Below, piece by piece: positions 1-11,648 of a DNA stretch of 31,783 nt. The stretch spans positions 62,001-93,783 of the forward strand of contig JBFLGF010000077.1 in assembly GCA_050230475.1 (NCBI GenBank), read 5' to 3'. Origin of the DNA: Ancylonema sp. Its lineage: Eukaryota. The first letter of the stretch is position 1; the number at the start of each line of letters is the position of its first letter. The position numbers were made by a program, and so were the translations under genes. Below the pieces are notes generated by a model. That model searched no databases. It saw nothing but the letters and a program-made list of their open reading frames with translations, and was not told where the DNA came from.

Positions 1-326
1 CTGTTGGATCAAATGAATGGCGCGAAGGTATTTACGGCATTAGATTTGGCTCAAAGATATCATCAAATTCGGATAACGCCGGAAGATTTTCCAAAGACCG
101 CGTTTAGAACGCCGATGGGTCATTATGAGTTTAAAGTGTTGCCTTTCGGATTGACTAATGCCCCGGCAACCTTTCAAGCGACGATGAATGATATTTTTCG
201 TCCGTTACTCGGAAAGTTTGTAGTAGTCTATCTGGATGATATTTTGATATACTCTAAAACCGAAGAAGAACATATTGAGCATGTTCGACAAGCGTTGTCG
301 ATTTTACGAAAGTATAAGTTCTATGA
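1..326 (+). mobile_element. Ty3/gypsy LTR-retrotransposon reverse transcriptase fragment (runs off the window start, truncated at its 3' end)
   Basis: Translation has the canonical gypsy RT motifs LDLAQRYHQIRI, KTAFRT, GHYEFKVLPFGLTNAPATFQ and YLDDILIYS. Similarity stops after 'LRKYKFY', where xKxSKC and RNase H should follow, and a stop occurs at 355-357. Confidence 0.95.
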
Positions 327-984
327 TATGTGCTCTACTTCAGAACATCATGGGTAAGAAATGATTATTGTACCCGCCAGAGGAGACGATCCGCAATGAT
401 TCTGATAAAGGTGGCTTAAATCGTTATTATAAATCGGACTTTGGCTATCGGCATTACGGGACGAAAATTTTTCCTTCTGGCTAGAAGTGGGTCATCATCA
501 CAAAATTCGCCTCTCGACCTTCCCAACAAGGTTATCACTGCCCATTCGTTGTTAGGTCTAATTGCGTTTTGAATGGTTATCTCCGTTTGTCAATGTCAAT
601 GTCAATGTCATGATCACGTTCAGATGTGCACATGGGAAAGGTTCTACTTCCACAAGTAGATGTCATGTGTGTAGCTCTTCGGTTGCAATTCGAATCATCA
701 TAATTTGTCTTGGAATTCGGTTCATCCGTTTTGTCATAAGCTTAGAACTCACTTCGATGCTCACGACCGCTCGGTATGTCATACGTCTTCGTATGCTATT
801 TTGCCCATGTGACACCGAATTCTATGACAACAAAACATAACACGAATAATATCTTCCGTATCACAAATTCGATTCATGCATATGACGATGCCTACGGATC
901 CCATATTGATCGGAGTTAAGGTGTAGCATTAGAGAATTGGTAGGTACGATATGTCATACGCTATTGGTACCTCAGCAACAGTTT

Positions 985-1545
985 CTATGTACTTTTGAAG
1001 TAAATGCTGATCTCATTTTGTACCATTAAAAAGTTCCAAATTCTTGTATCAAGGGCTTTGTATCATAGAGAACGATTCCGAAATGCATGGATACATTGTT
1101 CAACCAATTTGTCTAGTATTTACGATTTGAAAAGTTGGAATATCACCGCTGGCACGTACTGTAAATTTACACAAAAGGATTTGGAAAAAAATGCGAACTT
1201 AATATGATAGCTTAAACTACCAATCAACCAACTTGGAATCTTACATAGAGAATAGCGTGAAGGCGCTTGTGGCATCCACTTGAGGTGTACTTGTGATGTT
1301 GTCGCATGTGGGTACTGTTGTTAGGTAAAATCGTATTTATGCAAAGTGGTCATTGCAATGCGATCAAGTGGTATTGCAAGATCGGTTTTGAGAGTCTGCA
1401 CTTCTTGGTAATAGAAAGGTGAGGTGCCCCGTACAGGTGAGGTTGATAAGTACGGGAGATACTCGATACGGTGGCATACCCAAATGTCACTATATAGTAT
1501 ATACTGATAGCCCCAACGATTGCCATAGAGACACTGAACCGCCAC
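985..1545 (-). pseudogene. Decayed coding frame of unknown family (probable mobile-element remnant)
   Basis: ORF 1545-1321 continues in the same frame past its TAA (QQYPHATTSQVHLKWMPQAPSRYSLCKIPSWLIGSLSYHIKFAFFSK...). Only 4 stops occur in ~187 codons of AT-rich DNA. Confidence 0.3.
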
Positions 1546-4471
1546 TCCCCGTGATCATGTCACTAAATAGAGTGTTCACTTCAGTATGCGCAATCAGCTT
1601 TCACTTCAATAGTTCGTTGGAGTCCTTTTGAGTTCGACAGTTGTCGTCTCTGGAAGAAAGGGCGCATTGGTAATGGACCAACTACTCGGGGATTGGTCTA
1701 TTAGATACTAGACGGTTTGAGCCGATAGGTGAGGGGGGGGGGAGTCTCAAATCCATTTGTTTAAACTTCTTGTATATAATGAGGCATACGGTACGCATTC
1801 CAAATTGCCTTGAAAGAGGAAAACTTAAGGTTATCAACAACATTATATCGTAGACTTCTAGCAAATAGTACTTGACATTTACTACATTTTTGTTTGTTTG
1901 TTTATTTGCATCGTTATGCACATACATGTGTACGAGCACGTTTCAAACGAGAACGTATACAAAAGTAAGCGCACCCACACATCATCATCACCATCTTTCG
2001 TCATCATTGACATACACATACGTTTTTTTTTTTTTTTTTTTTTTTTTGGGCATATAACCACCGGGGTAGGGTTTACGTGTGGGCTTTCCGATGAACAATC
2101 ACTAAATTTTGGGATCTCGTTGATTGCGCAGGTAGATACTAAATCAAATGTATGTTAGCTTCATGGTTTTTTTTTTAAGATTTTATTTTATCAAACATAG
2201 TAGGACATGATTTTGTTGGGGCACTACGACTAATAAAACATGATGTCATCACCATGCTACCATGCTTTTCAAATAACACTTGCAAGAACTCTGTTGATAC
2301 ATCGACTTCATCGATCATGCTTTTTTCACCCTCCACGAAGTGAGGGGTGAATATTTCGTACCGAAAGCCTTGTTGCGTTATTTAACTTGTTACGCAATCT
2401 GACGGAACTCGAAACGTAAGGCGCTTTTCAATTAACTTGTTTGCTAAGGTAGACAGAAGAATAAGTGAACGTACAAGAGTAAAACAAACGGTATTCCATA
2501 TTATTATTATTTTTTCCAAAAGTGAAGGCTCAATCGACATGTGCTTTATGCATCAACCAAATTCTCAGCGATGTTACGTTAGAAGTCCACCCATGAGGCG
2601 GAACTCTAAACGCTTTGAGGCATCAGTCGCAAACGAAAAACGCTATATATCTTCTAGTGTCTTCACGGGGGGCTCCACCTTCCGCCACTTAATGCCCCCC
2701 CTAACATTCATCACAACTTGATCTTCGTCCAATGATACTTCGTCGCCTTCGTCTCTATTGACGAAGTAAATTTAATCATTTTTGTTCGATGGATGAGTAG
2801 TTGGTTGCATAGGGATTTTCATTTATGGCGAAATTGTTCAGTTTCTATCCCATCAAATGCATTTCCACCATTTTCCCATACGGAAGGGCGTCCCGATATA
2901 TCATGCTAACAGCCCTCATTACGCGTCTCAAATACCGACTCTTAGTGATCAAACGTGAAGGAGGAAGGTTCTACGTAGGGATTAGTAGCTCTCGAAACCC
3001 CACCACGTCAAAGTCATCATTTGTCACCTTCAAGAGAATTAGTGAACCTCTAGACATTTGACCTCGAACTTGCCGAAGTTGCAAGCCTTTCGAACGCCGG
3101 ACCAACAACACGAAGCCTAATTGTCAACTTGTCTCTTCATGAAGTCATCATGCTGGAACGACTGCACTAGAACAAGTTTTGAAACAAGAGTAATGTATAG
3201 GATCGTATCATATACATCTAAACATATTACATCAGAAGTATCACACAATATACCTGAAGGCGTAAAACTCATGCACCCGAATCGCATCATCACACAGTGG
3301 TGACATAGACGGTGAATCGATTCACGTTTTTGTTATGTCATGTGATTATATGAACTCTGGCTTGAAGTAAATTGTATGGCACTTATAGTGCAATATGATC
3401 TTACAGAGAACGACATCATTATATGCGTCAATCTTGGTTTCAAAAGTTGTCTTGGGACCTATATTGACATTGCATGCAAGTCCCGTACTCGCCACACATA
3501 ACGAGCCTCAAATAATTATGGAAAGGGTAGGTCGGGTCAAATTAAATATTTCATTTTTTTGTAGATTGTGGGTCATTCTATAAACTTGGTCACCAGATTT
3601 TAAATATTTTTCAAGCGTTTGGGAAATGTTCTATTGGCTGCGCGGGTTGGGTCGAATAATTGTTCATTAGCTAAATTAATTCGATTTTTGAAACCGGGGT
3701 CATTATGTGTGGCCACTACGGTAACCTTGACAATACGACACTTGCGGTTGGCCCAACAGTCACAAACCTTATAGGCCTCACAAACTACTAAAAAAATACT
3801 CAGACTAATTATAGGTACTTCGATTTTGGAAGCCCCTCCTAGTGTCACTTGAAAGCAACAAACGATTGCCTTGACTTGGTGGACCTCCGGTGCCAAAATT
3901 GGTTGAGGCACGGTTCGAGAACGAAAACACCCGCTTTTATTCATGGTTGACGCTTTACACCCGCGCTGAGGGTCGGCTACAAGACGGGGACGCTCTTTCG
4001 TGTGAAAAAAACGGTAGAAAGTATTGATGGGGAAGACCATGGTGGTGATTCGATTCAAAGCCACGACGCGACCAGTCACCCTACCAATACTTTGTGAAAC
4101 ACGCCCCGTGAATACACACAAAGGTGAGCGAAAGTCATTCGACAAAGTAAAGATGTTGTAATCGGCAAGGGAAAAGTTGCCAAATTTGAAGTAAATTCCC
4201 CTCTAAAAAACCCGCACTCACGGATAACCTCACGGATATGTCATTGGTGTCACATCAATGGTATGTGCAATAAGTTAGGTGGACAGTCTTTTATGACACA
4301 AAGCAACCGGGCACGCGCACAACCCGCTACGCACAACATATATTTAATGAGCATGCATCACGCCAAGGAATCACACCACAATCACGTATGCGATAAAGCC
4401 CCTTTGCCAAATCGCACACGCCCACACACATGCAGTTACCGGTCAAACACCGATGTATGCTCTGTACATAC

Positions 4472-5245
4472 CATAGTTACCCGAACCTTCGGAACCGGGT
4501 TCGAAGGTCCGCATCTCGGACCGGGGTCCGTCCTTCGAGGCCCAAAACCTCGGACCGGCGATTTAGGGTAAAAACAGTTTTTGTAGGTTTTTGTTTTTTT
4601 TCCTAGTTCAAATAACTTCAGAAATAACTATATCTTGTGTAGTTTTTCAATGTGCATCTATCAAAAGTGTCAAAGAAATGATTTGCCAAATCATTCATGA
4701 ATGGAAACTCAATAACCAACGTGCTCACTCGTTTTTTTCAAAAAGGTTGACCAAGTACTTTTTGCTCCCACTCCCCCAACACCACCATTTTTTTTGTTTT
4801 TTTTTTTTGATGATATCTATCACCATTCTCTCATGTACCGATTTTAAGCATTGCTCACATAATTTAGAGTGGTTGCAATGTTACAAAACGATTATTCATC
4901 CAAAAGTGAACATTGTAGATTTGCCAAGTTACAAGTTTTAACGAATCAATATACCCTATCATTCACCGTACTTATCAAACAACTTTGTAATAAAACACTA
5001 GTATACACATACAAATATCACATATCACATGCATAATTATTCGGCAAACTACTACTTTTGACTACTCAAACTTTTGCCTCATCCACGCATACCTCAAGTT
5101 TTTGATCCATTTTCCCACCACATAATGAATACTTGTCATTGTAGCATCCTACCATCCTTATGCCTCCTTTCTATATACTTATTGAACTGTTTCAAAAAAC
5201 AGGCGTGCCACAAGCGGTGCCCGAGTGTAACACGAAGGGCTGCAT

Positions 5246-5276
<31 letters not shown>

Positions 5277-5426
5277 AAAAAAAAAAACAACCAAAAATGC
5301 AAAACGCCACTTGAAAAACACCCGCAAAAAAAAACCCTAAGAACCGCACGGTCCGTCCCGGTCCGCATCCCGGACCGGGGCGGACCTCGGTTCCAAAATT
5401 TGATTTTGCCGGTTCGGGTAACTATG
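4472..5426. mobile_element. Non-autonomous hAT-superfamily DNA transposon (MITE-like), 955 bp
   Basis: Perfect 16-bp TIRs CATAGTTACCCGAACC (4472-4487) and GGTTCGGGTAACTATG (5411-5426). Perfect 8-bp TSD GTACATAC at 4464-4471 and 5427-5434. GC-rich subterminal CGGACC/GGTCCG repeats at both ends and an AT-rich noncoding interior. Confidence 0.93.
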
Positions 5427-6073
5427 GTACATACGATACACTCATTCTCACACAAGCGTAACTTGGCAGTGTGCCGCTGAGTTCCCATGTACTCAAAGCC
5501 ATATACTAACTCTGATTCGATTAACACATTCATTCTTGTTCGAATTCAGATTGCACCTAAACCGGATCGGAACGAAGGGTTCGTGACCCAACTATGGGGA
5601 AGATACAAGGGTTGGCATCAATAAATACTTTTTAGACTTGCTTTTAAAGAGTCGGCAAAACGAGAAATGGAAATCGTTTAGTTGGGAATAATTCCGTAAA
5701 TGTTGTTAAGTGCGCCGCATTTGAAACATTATCCGATATCATGCATCGTAAGCAAAAGCAAATTCCTTTTATGTACAAAATGAATCCCAAATCATCACGG
5801 CCGGAATCACAACTAAAGTTTGCGGTGTGGATTCTAGTGACTAGACCTTGATCATAAGTTTAGTCCTTGACGCAGCTTCCGCACGTACTTAAGAGATGAA
5901 GCTTGTTCCGAGATGCCTTGCTTGATTCGTGAGTTGCGTACAGTTCTTGAGATAGAAAGCAGAAATTACAAATCTCAAATCTCAAATCATTAAGTTTCGG
6001 AATTTGGCATGGCGGGCTCCCTAAAGTCCTCCCATTTTTGTGAGCAGTTCACAAAATTCAGCACTTCATCCCA

Positions 6074-8243
6074 TCAAGAGAAAGCGTATGATCCAAAACT
6101 GTGTCCAGCCCTCCCCTCATTGGTCGGCTGGAGATTTAGTTGTTGAAAGGGGCTGCACGGCTCAATGCACAAGTGGAAAATGTGGGTTCAAAAGAAGTGA
6201 AAAACGAAAAAAAGGAATCCATCCGAACTACAATGTAAATGTTTCTCCAAATAAATACATAAACGATTGTCAGAAACGAGTCTCACAATTAATCCAAGCA
6301 TTCATACCAAAACAACCATCAGATGACCGGGCATACAGTTTTGTGACTAATTTCATACGCAAGAAACGTGAGCATGAATGCAGGTATATGAGTACTGAAG
6401 CGGGTGGCGGTTACCTGCTGTTGGGGTCAGAGTAGTAGCCGGTTATCGATCCATCCAAGCGGGAGAAGCAAAGATAATAGAAGCCCGCAATGGTAAGGCC
6501 GCAGTCAGGATTCACATTCACGAAAAACCGCTCCTTCCACCGCTGAACCCCCCTCCTACCAACCAAAATCAAAACCAAAATCTCACTCCAGACTCTTCAA
6601 CTGGACCTGAGAAAAAAAACCATAAAATCCAGCATTGTGTACTCACCATATACACCATGGGTGAGTTCTTCAAGTCCAGAGTCCGGCCCCCGTTCTTCTC
6701 CACCTCCTCCTGCAACCCTTCAACCACATTGTGTAAAAAGACAGTGCACAAAACGCAGTGGCATGCACAACTTCTTTGTACTGCACTACCAGAGCATCGT
6801 CACGCAGGGACAGTCTGGGCTGTGGGCTCACAGCGTATGGGGCGAAGCTAGAGAAGCTGCGCCAGTGCTTCAAGTCGTGCTCTGGCCTGTAACCCAGATG
6901 CCAGACAGAGATACTAAAGCCAATTTTTCTTGCTAACCTTCAGAGGCATTACCTGGAGATTCAATATGCTTCGGCACTGATTTCCAACACTGAATTTATA
7001 ACCTCTAATTCTGTGTAGTTTCAATGACTGTGACATCCCGTTCCATCTCCAACAGACGCACAAGCGCCCGGCAAAATCTCCTTGCCGTGATTCTAAACAA
7101 TTGAAGAACAAGGCAGTGTCGGATGAACTATGAGGGTGGTGTGTCAATTTGTGGCAGCGACAGTCAGACACGTCCGAAAGTGTTTTCGTATTCAGTGAAA
7201 TTGATATGATATTTAGTGAAATTATTATGGTATTCAATGAAATTGCTATGGTTTTTGGTGAAATTCTTTTAGTATTTAGTGAAACTGTAATGGTATCGAG
7301 TGAAATTATGGTATTTCGTGTAGTACCCGCACTTACGTGGCCTCCCATTTGGAGGTGTAGAAGAAGTGGTTGCGATTGTCCACAATCTCACCTTCCCAGA
7401 ACGTCACCACCTGTCAGCAACACCATTTCTGCCATGAGTTTCTGTGGCAAACTGACAGCTGTCTGCCAGCTCATGCATGAGAGGTTGAGTATGACCCGCG
7501 CCTGTTGCTGCTCAGCAGCCTCCCTGCATACTTGTCGCATCGAGAACCAATTTCTGAGCGCCTAATTCTTGAGTGCAGGGCCGTCATAAGTTCAGTAAGA
7601 TGCTTGCATGGCTGCTCACGGAATGATTAATGTAAGTCGAATTCGCTGGCCAAAATGGATAGTGGTTTGAGGGTAATAAGAAGCCAATTACGCACCGACG
7701 AATTTGTCGAAGGCGCGTTGAGGGCTTCCATCGAACCGCACAAGTATCCCTTCTCCAAATCGGCTCCTTGAACACGGGCCATGACATGCCAGGCATCCTC
7801 CTTGGAACCTAGCCGTTGAGTGACGGTCTGAGTGCCCGTGAAAGCCTGAAAATGAGACGTTGAGCAGATTTTCAGTGCGTATACACAGGTGCTGTCACTG
7901 TGTATGTGTAGGAAGACTTTTGCACGTGCACTGCAGAAATTTGTATCTCAAGCCAACAATGACGTAAGAAAACGAAATTCAGATGTGTAGGAAGCCGACC
8001 ACTTCAGTGGTAAATAAAGCTGCAGTATCTCCCACAACCAGTTGATAACACTCAAATTCACAACTCGTACGTGGTCAGCATTTAATATAGCACAGTTTTA
8101 TAGATAACATTTTTGAGGCGAAGTCGGGTTACATTCAAGCTTTTCAAGGTGCTGGCCAAACTAGCTGCTCTGAATTAAAAATATATCATTACCTGCCCAA
8201 CACTAAGAAAGCTGGAAACGGTGGGCAACACTTGGCCAGGCAT
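6074..8243 (-). CDS. GID4: GID4/Vid24, Pro/N-degron substrate receptor of the GID/CTLH E3 ligase; 199 aa; exons 8243-8193, 7845-7696, 7410-7337, 6886-6832, 6709-6647, 6542-6415, 6152-6074
   Basis: GT-AG splicing gives an uninterrupted protein MPGQVLPTVSSFLSVGQ|AFTGTQ...GYLCGSMEALN...|VVTFWEGEIVD..FYTSKWEAT|..DLKHWRSFSSF..|..VYM|RWKERFFVNVNPDCGLTIAGFYYLCFS..DGSITGYYSDPNS|SPFQQLNL..NEGRAGHSFGSYAFS*. This matches plant GID4 motifs throughout. The start codon is less certain than the body. Confidence 0.95.
7188..7320. repeat. Intronic 21-bp minisatellite, ~6.4 degenerate copies (consensus GTATTTAGTGAAATTRYTATG)
   Basis: Units start at 7188, 7209, 7230, 7251, 7272, 7293 (18 bp) and 7311 (partial). 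It lies in the GID4 intron 7336-6887 and explains the repetitive ORFs 7149-7565 and 6914-7348. Confidence 0.9.
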
Positions 8244-8440
8244 GGAGCAATTTCACCAGAAGTCGTCAAGTTGCTTTTGTAGTCTCCCGCAGAGTCATTG
8301 CGTCGACCAGTGAATCCTGAAAAACAGCTTGACAATCACGACATTACTCCACGAATATACTTACCGCAACTGCTACCATCAGTGGGTGTGATACCGCGCA
8401 AATTTGCGCGTTCGCATGCAATGACGACCAGGAACGCCAT
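7809..8440 (-). other. Upstream ORF (78 aa if spliced) overlapping the GID4 start out of frame
   Basis: ATG at 8440, GTAAGT donor after 8365 and TTTTTCAG acceptor before 8316. The frame stays open across the GID4 ATG (8243) and the 8192-7846 intron to TAG 7811-7809. Confidence 0.45.
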
Positions 8441-8592
8441 GGCGAGGAGTCGATCAGTAGTATCGCAAATTCTGGGAAGTCCCACGGGGTCGGGTCTTCC
8501 TCAGTCCGATCTCATGCGCCCGCTCGCCACCCACGAGCGATGGACGAAGGGCGAAGGCGGAAGCGAACGGGTTCGAAAATACATATTGAACC

Positions 8593-11500
8593 TTAATTAC
8601 AGACGGAAAATTGAAGGCATAATATTATGGTGTTAATATACCAGCCCTCGGTTGGGGTGGAAACGGTCCAGAAAGCTGGAGCCCTTTGCCTTGAGAGCCA
8701 CAGAAGACGTGATCGATGGCTGGACATCACGAGCGGAGGACCACCGGAGCAGCGGTTGACGACCTGGACCCGCAGGTGCAGGAACTTGGAGACTGCAGTC
8801 GGCGCTACGTTGAACTGGAGGTCAGAAGCTTTGAAATGTTCAGCAAGCTGATTCTGCTCAGAGCCACCTTTTCTCTTGATGAAAATACATCGCGGCAGAT
8901 AATGATGTTTATTTTGTTTGTCGTGTGACTGCAGGACTGTCTTGGAGAGAACAACAGAAATTGGACTCTCTGTCAAAAAGGTGCTCCCGATGTTGTTGAT
9001 CGTTGAAACATTTAGCACCGTCAGTGCCGCTGCTGGTGTTAAAAGAACATTTAGCTTCTGAACTGATAGACTGTGTCAAAGTAATATATTTTGGGAGACA
9101 GTTGTGTACATACACTTAAGCGGCGGTTGTATCCACTCGCCCTGGCTGGATACAGAGGTAAAGGCACTCAAGCTCTGCTACGAGTCGAGAAATCAGGCGT
9201 CGCAGCCATCGCAATCATCGAGGGACGGTCGAGGGACACCCTCAAAGTGACCAAATGGGTTTGTCGACGTTACTTGTCAAGCCAGAGAGAAAAGTAATAG
9301 AACAGTCTGCACCTCTGGTGAAAGCCTCTGAGATGAGTGCCATGCCCTGGGAAAACCATCAGCTTGTCGGCTGGAAGATAAGTCCGGGGGAATTAGGTGG
9401 TGCGGACGATGAAGCAAACAGGAGGCGTGTCTAGAAGTTGTGCTTGATGCCGCTCAGCAAGTACTGTATTTTCAAGGAGTCCAGCGCTGCAGGCAGGCTG
9501 GCTGACCCCAGCCCATGCGCGAATTGTGATGGGTTCGCCCAGAGTATCAAAACTTTAGCACCCTTGTCCATCAACGCATGCCACATATAGGCTGGGGGTG
9601 TTGCGTGAGGGGGAGAAAATGCTCATGTTTTCAAGACTAACATTCTTGGGTGAGCAAGAGGCTTGTGGCCAGCGACCTCATATTATTCGGCTGCTTCTAC
9701 AGAAAGAAAAGAGTAACACTTTCTGCCAAGTGTGTGAGGTGTTCATTGCTTAAAGGTCGTAGCGCTTGTGGGGTTAATTATGATGAAAGTATCAAGGGAA
9801 TTTTCTCAGGACAGGCATATGTAACAATCCCTTGTTGTATTTTGAAGGGGAATGACAGCTTTAGCGGAAAGATCGGCTAGGATTGTGAAATTTTTGATTC
9901 TGCGCTGTGGTTCCTATTTGTATTTGGAAGGCTAAGCAAAAGTTCATGAAGCAATGGAGGCGGTTGTCGGCTTGGCCAATGCAATCGAGGCATTGAAGAT
10001 TGCTTTGAATCCTTAAGTTGGTAGGTAAGCAAAGTCATCGTGGTTTGAAGCAATTAAACAATTATCGGGTTAGCCAGCCATATCAACTTTATGGACTTAG
10101 TGGTAGGTTTGTGTAAAGCTCGCATGTTCTTTGCATGTGAAGTGTGCTTTTCTCGCCCGGGGATGTACTACCACCTTGTCATCATCCGCAACGATGTGAC
10201 TGGTTTTTTACATCAATGTTATTTATGATAGTTGAACATGATGGGTGCCACCGATTGATTGTGGCATGCCCATCTCTCGTTCTATTGTTCTTGTCCTAAT
10301 TTGGTGTACACATGGTGAAATATTAACAACACATGTGATGAAGGGTAATCTTGGTAGCAAGGATCATTGAGTGCCACATGAGGCAAACTTTGGTAGGGTG
10401 CAAAAATCACATGAGAACGAGGGACTCTGTCAAGTTTAGTGCTTTACATAGTACGCAAAGAAAAACAAACAGAAATTAGAATAGCGATGCTCTAAATTGC
10501 CCATCTCCTTCACCAGCGACATAAGAGGGTCGCTCTTAAAAGGGTATCCGTTATGAAAATCTGTGACCACGAGATTTCAAGTCGGATCAACTAGTGAGCC
10601 TTTTCATTCTTCACAACCTTATAAGTTTTATTCTTTCATTCTATGAGTAAGTAGAGACTCTGTTTAGTAAGAGTTAATACAAGTAACACACTTGAGGGCC
10701 CTTTTGGATGGATGGAGGACATTGCACACTATAGTACAAGCATGAAATGTCTTAGCCCATCTAGCATACGCCTCTAAATCGGGCGATTGAGCAACTGAGA
10801 TAAACTTTTACACAACAAACAATGCAAAAGAATATAGCCAAATTCCGATTAGTGTACATTCAACCTCGACAACTTACCTTCAAGATTTGGAGAGTGAGAG
10901 ATGCCTTCCTTCTACTACAAAAGCGTTGTATATCATTTGACACATGCGGCGTGGTGCATCAGTGTACGGATTGAAGAGGCCATCTCCAACACCGCCACAA
11001 GAGGACTACCATTCCTTTGAGATTTGTGCAATTGACACGGATCGTTGGTTCTTGGGAGTCCGTGATTTCGGGTAATGACTGTGGCAAGATCAAGCACTCT
11101 TGAGGAAGGTATGATCTGAGAAGAGCTCCAAAGTAGCCCGGAGGGCACACACTCGTAACAACGATTTTAGTCACGTTTACAGGTATCACCTCCGTCATGT
11201 TTGTCGAAATCCTTGGATACCTAGCGTCCTCTACTTTCCCCATGTCCGACCCCTTTTCAGATGGCGGGCCCCTCTCTGGATTTGCGTAAGTAGCATTCGC
11301 TATATGATGGGCTTCCATACCCGTGTCCTGCTGTAAGTCGGCCGACGGAATCTTTTCTGTTAGCCAGAGACTTAGCGAGGGTGACGAGGAACGGGTAGGT
11401 AAGACAATTGCAGTCGGGATAGCGCGCAGTGCCAGAGATGCAGCAAGCAGACTCCCACGCCTTGCTCTTAACTGTTCCAAAGGAGGCATTTGAGGAGGAA

Positions 11501-11648
11501 GAGATCCCTGAAGAAAAATCTTGTTGAGGAAAATGACGGTGAAGGCGAGACCAGCGAGCGCTAGCCTTCTTTGACTGAATCGGACGCGAAGGGCAGGGTG
11601 TAGAATATACTGACGAACGAGCGTACGAACGCATTGCCTAAGAGGCAT
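8593..11648 (-). pseudogene. Disrupted multi-exon gene for a type II membrane (Golgi/secretory) protein; family not identified
   Basis: Exon 1 (11648-10878) encodes a short basic N-tail, a hydrophobic segment (LALAGLAFTVIFL), a low-complexity stem with N-glycosylation sequons NAT, NMT, NVT and NCT, and a CPPGYFG motif. After the TGA at 10961-10959 the frame continues to a phase-0 GTAAG donor. Downstream exon-like blocks (~9696-9313, ~9177-9115, ~8930-8600) have GT/AG ends but contain TAG 9433-9431, TGA 9361-9359 and frame changes. Confidence 0.5.

Noticed and set aside
2023..2047. Poly-T run as the tail of a SINE/LINE
   Set aside because: No TSD, Pol III boxes or LINE ORF remnant could be identified, and long A/T runs are common in this window.
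3600..4145. 181-aa minus-strand ORF
   Set aside because: Non-ATG start, no recognisable motifs, and located in decayed repeat DNA; cannot be supported as a gene.
7188..7320. CRISPR-like array or repeat-protein ORF (7149-7565)
   Set aside because: The units are head-to-tail without spacers and lie in a eukaryotic intron. The ORF is a by-product of the 21-bp period.
7696..8316. Alternative-frame peptides (CCPPFPAFLVLG..., MPGMSWPVFKEPIW) that looked like carbohydrate-sulfotransferase motifs
   Set aside because: The same exons give a continuous, full-length GID4 in another frame. The sulfotransferase-like pieces are interrupted by a stop and lack the KxGTT motif.
10959..10961. In-frame TGA followed by Cys as a selenocysteine codon
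   Set aside because: Downstream exon blocks also contain TAG stops and frame changes, there is no recognisable selenoprotein family motif, and I could not identify a SECIS element.
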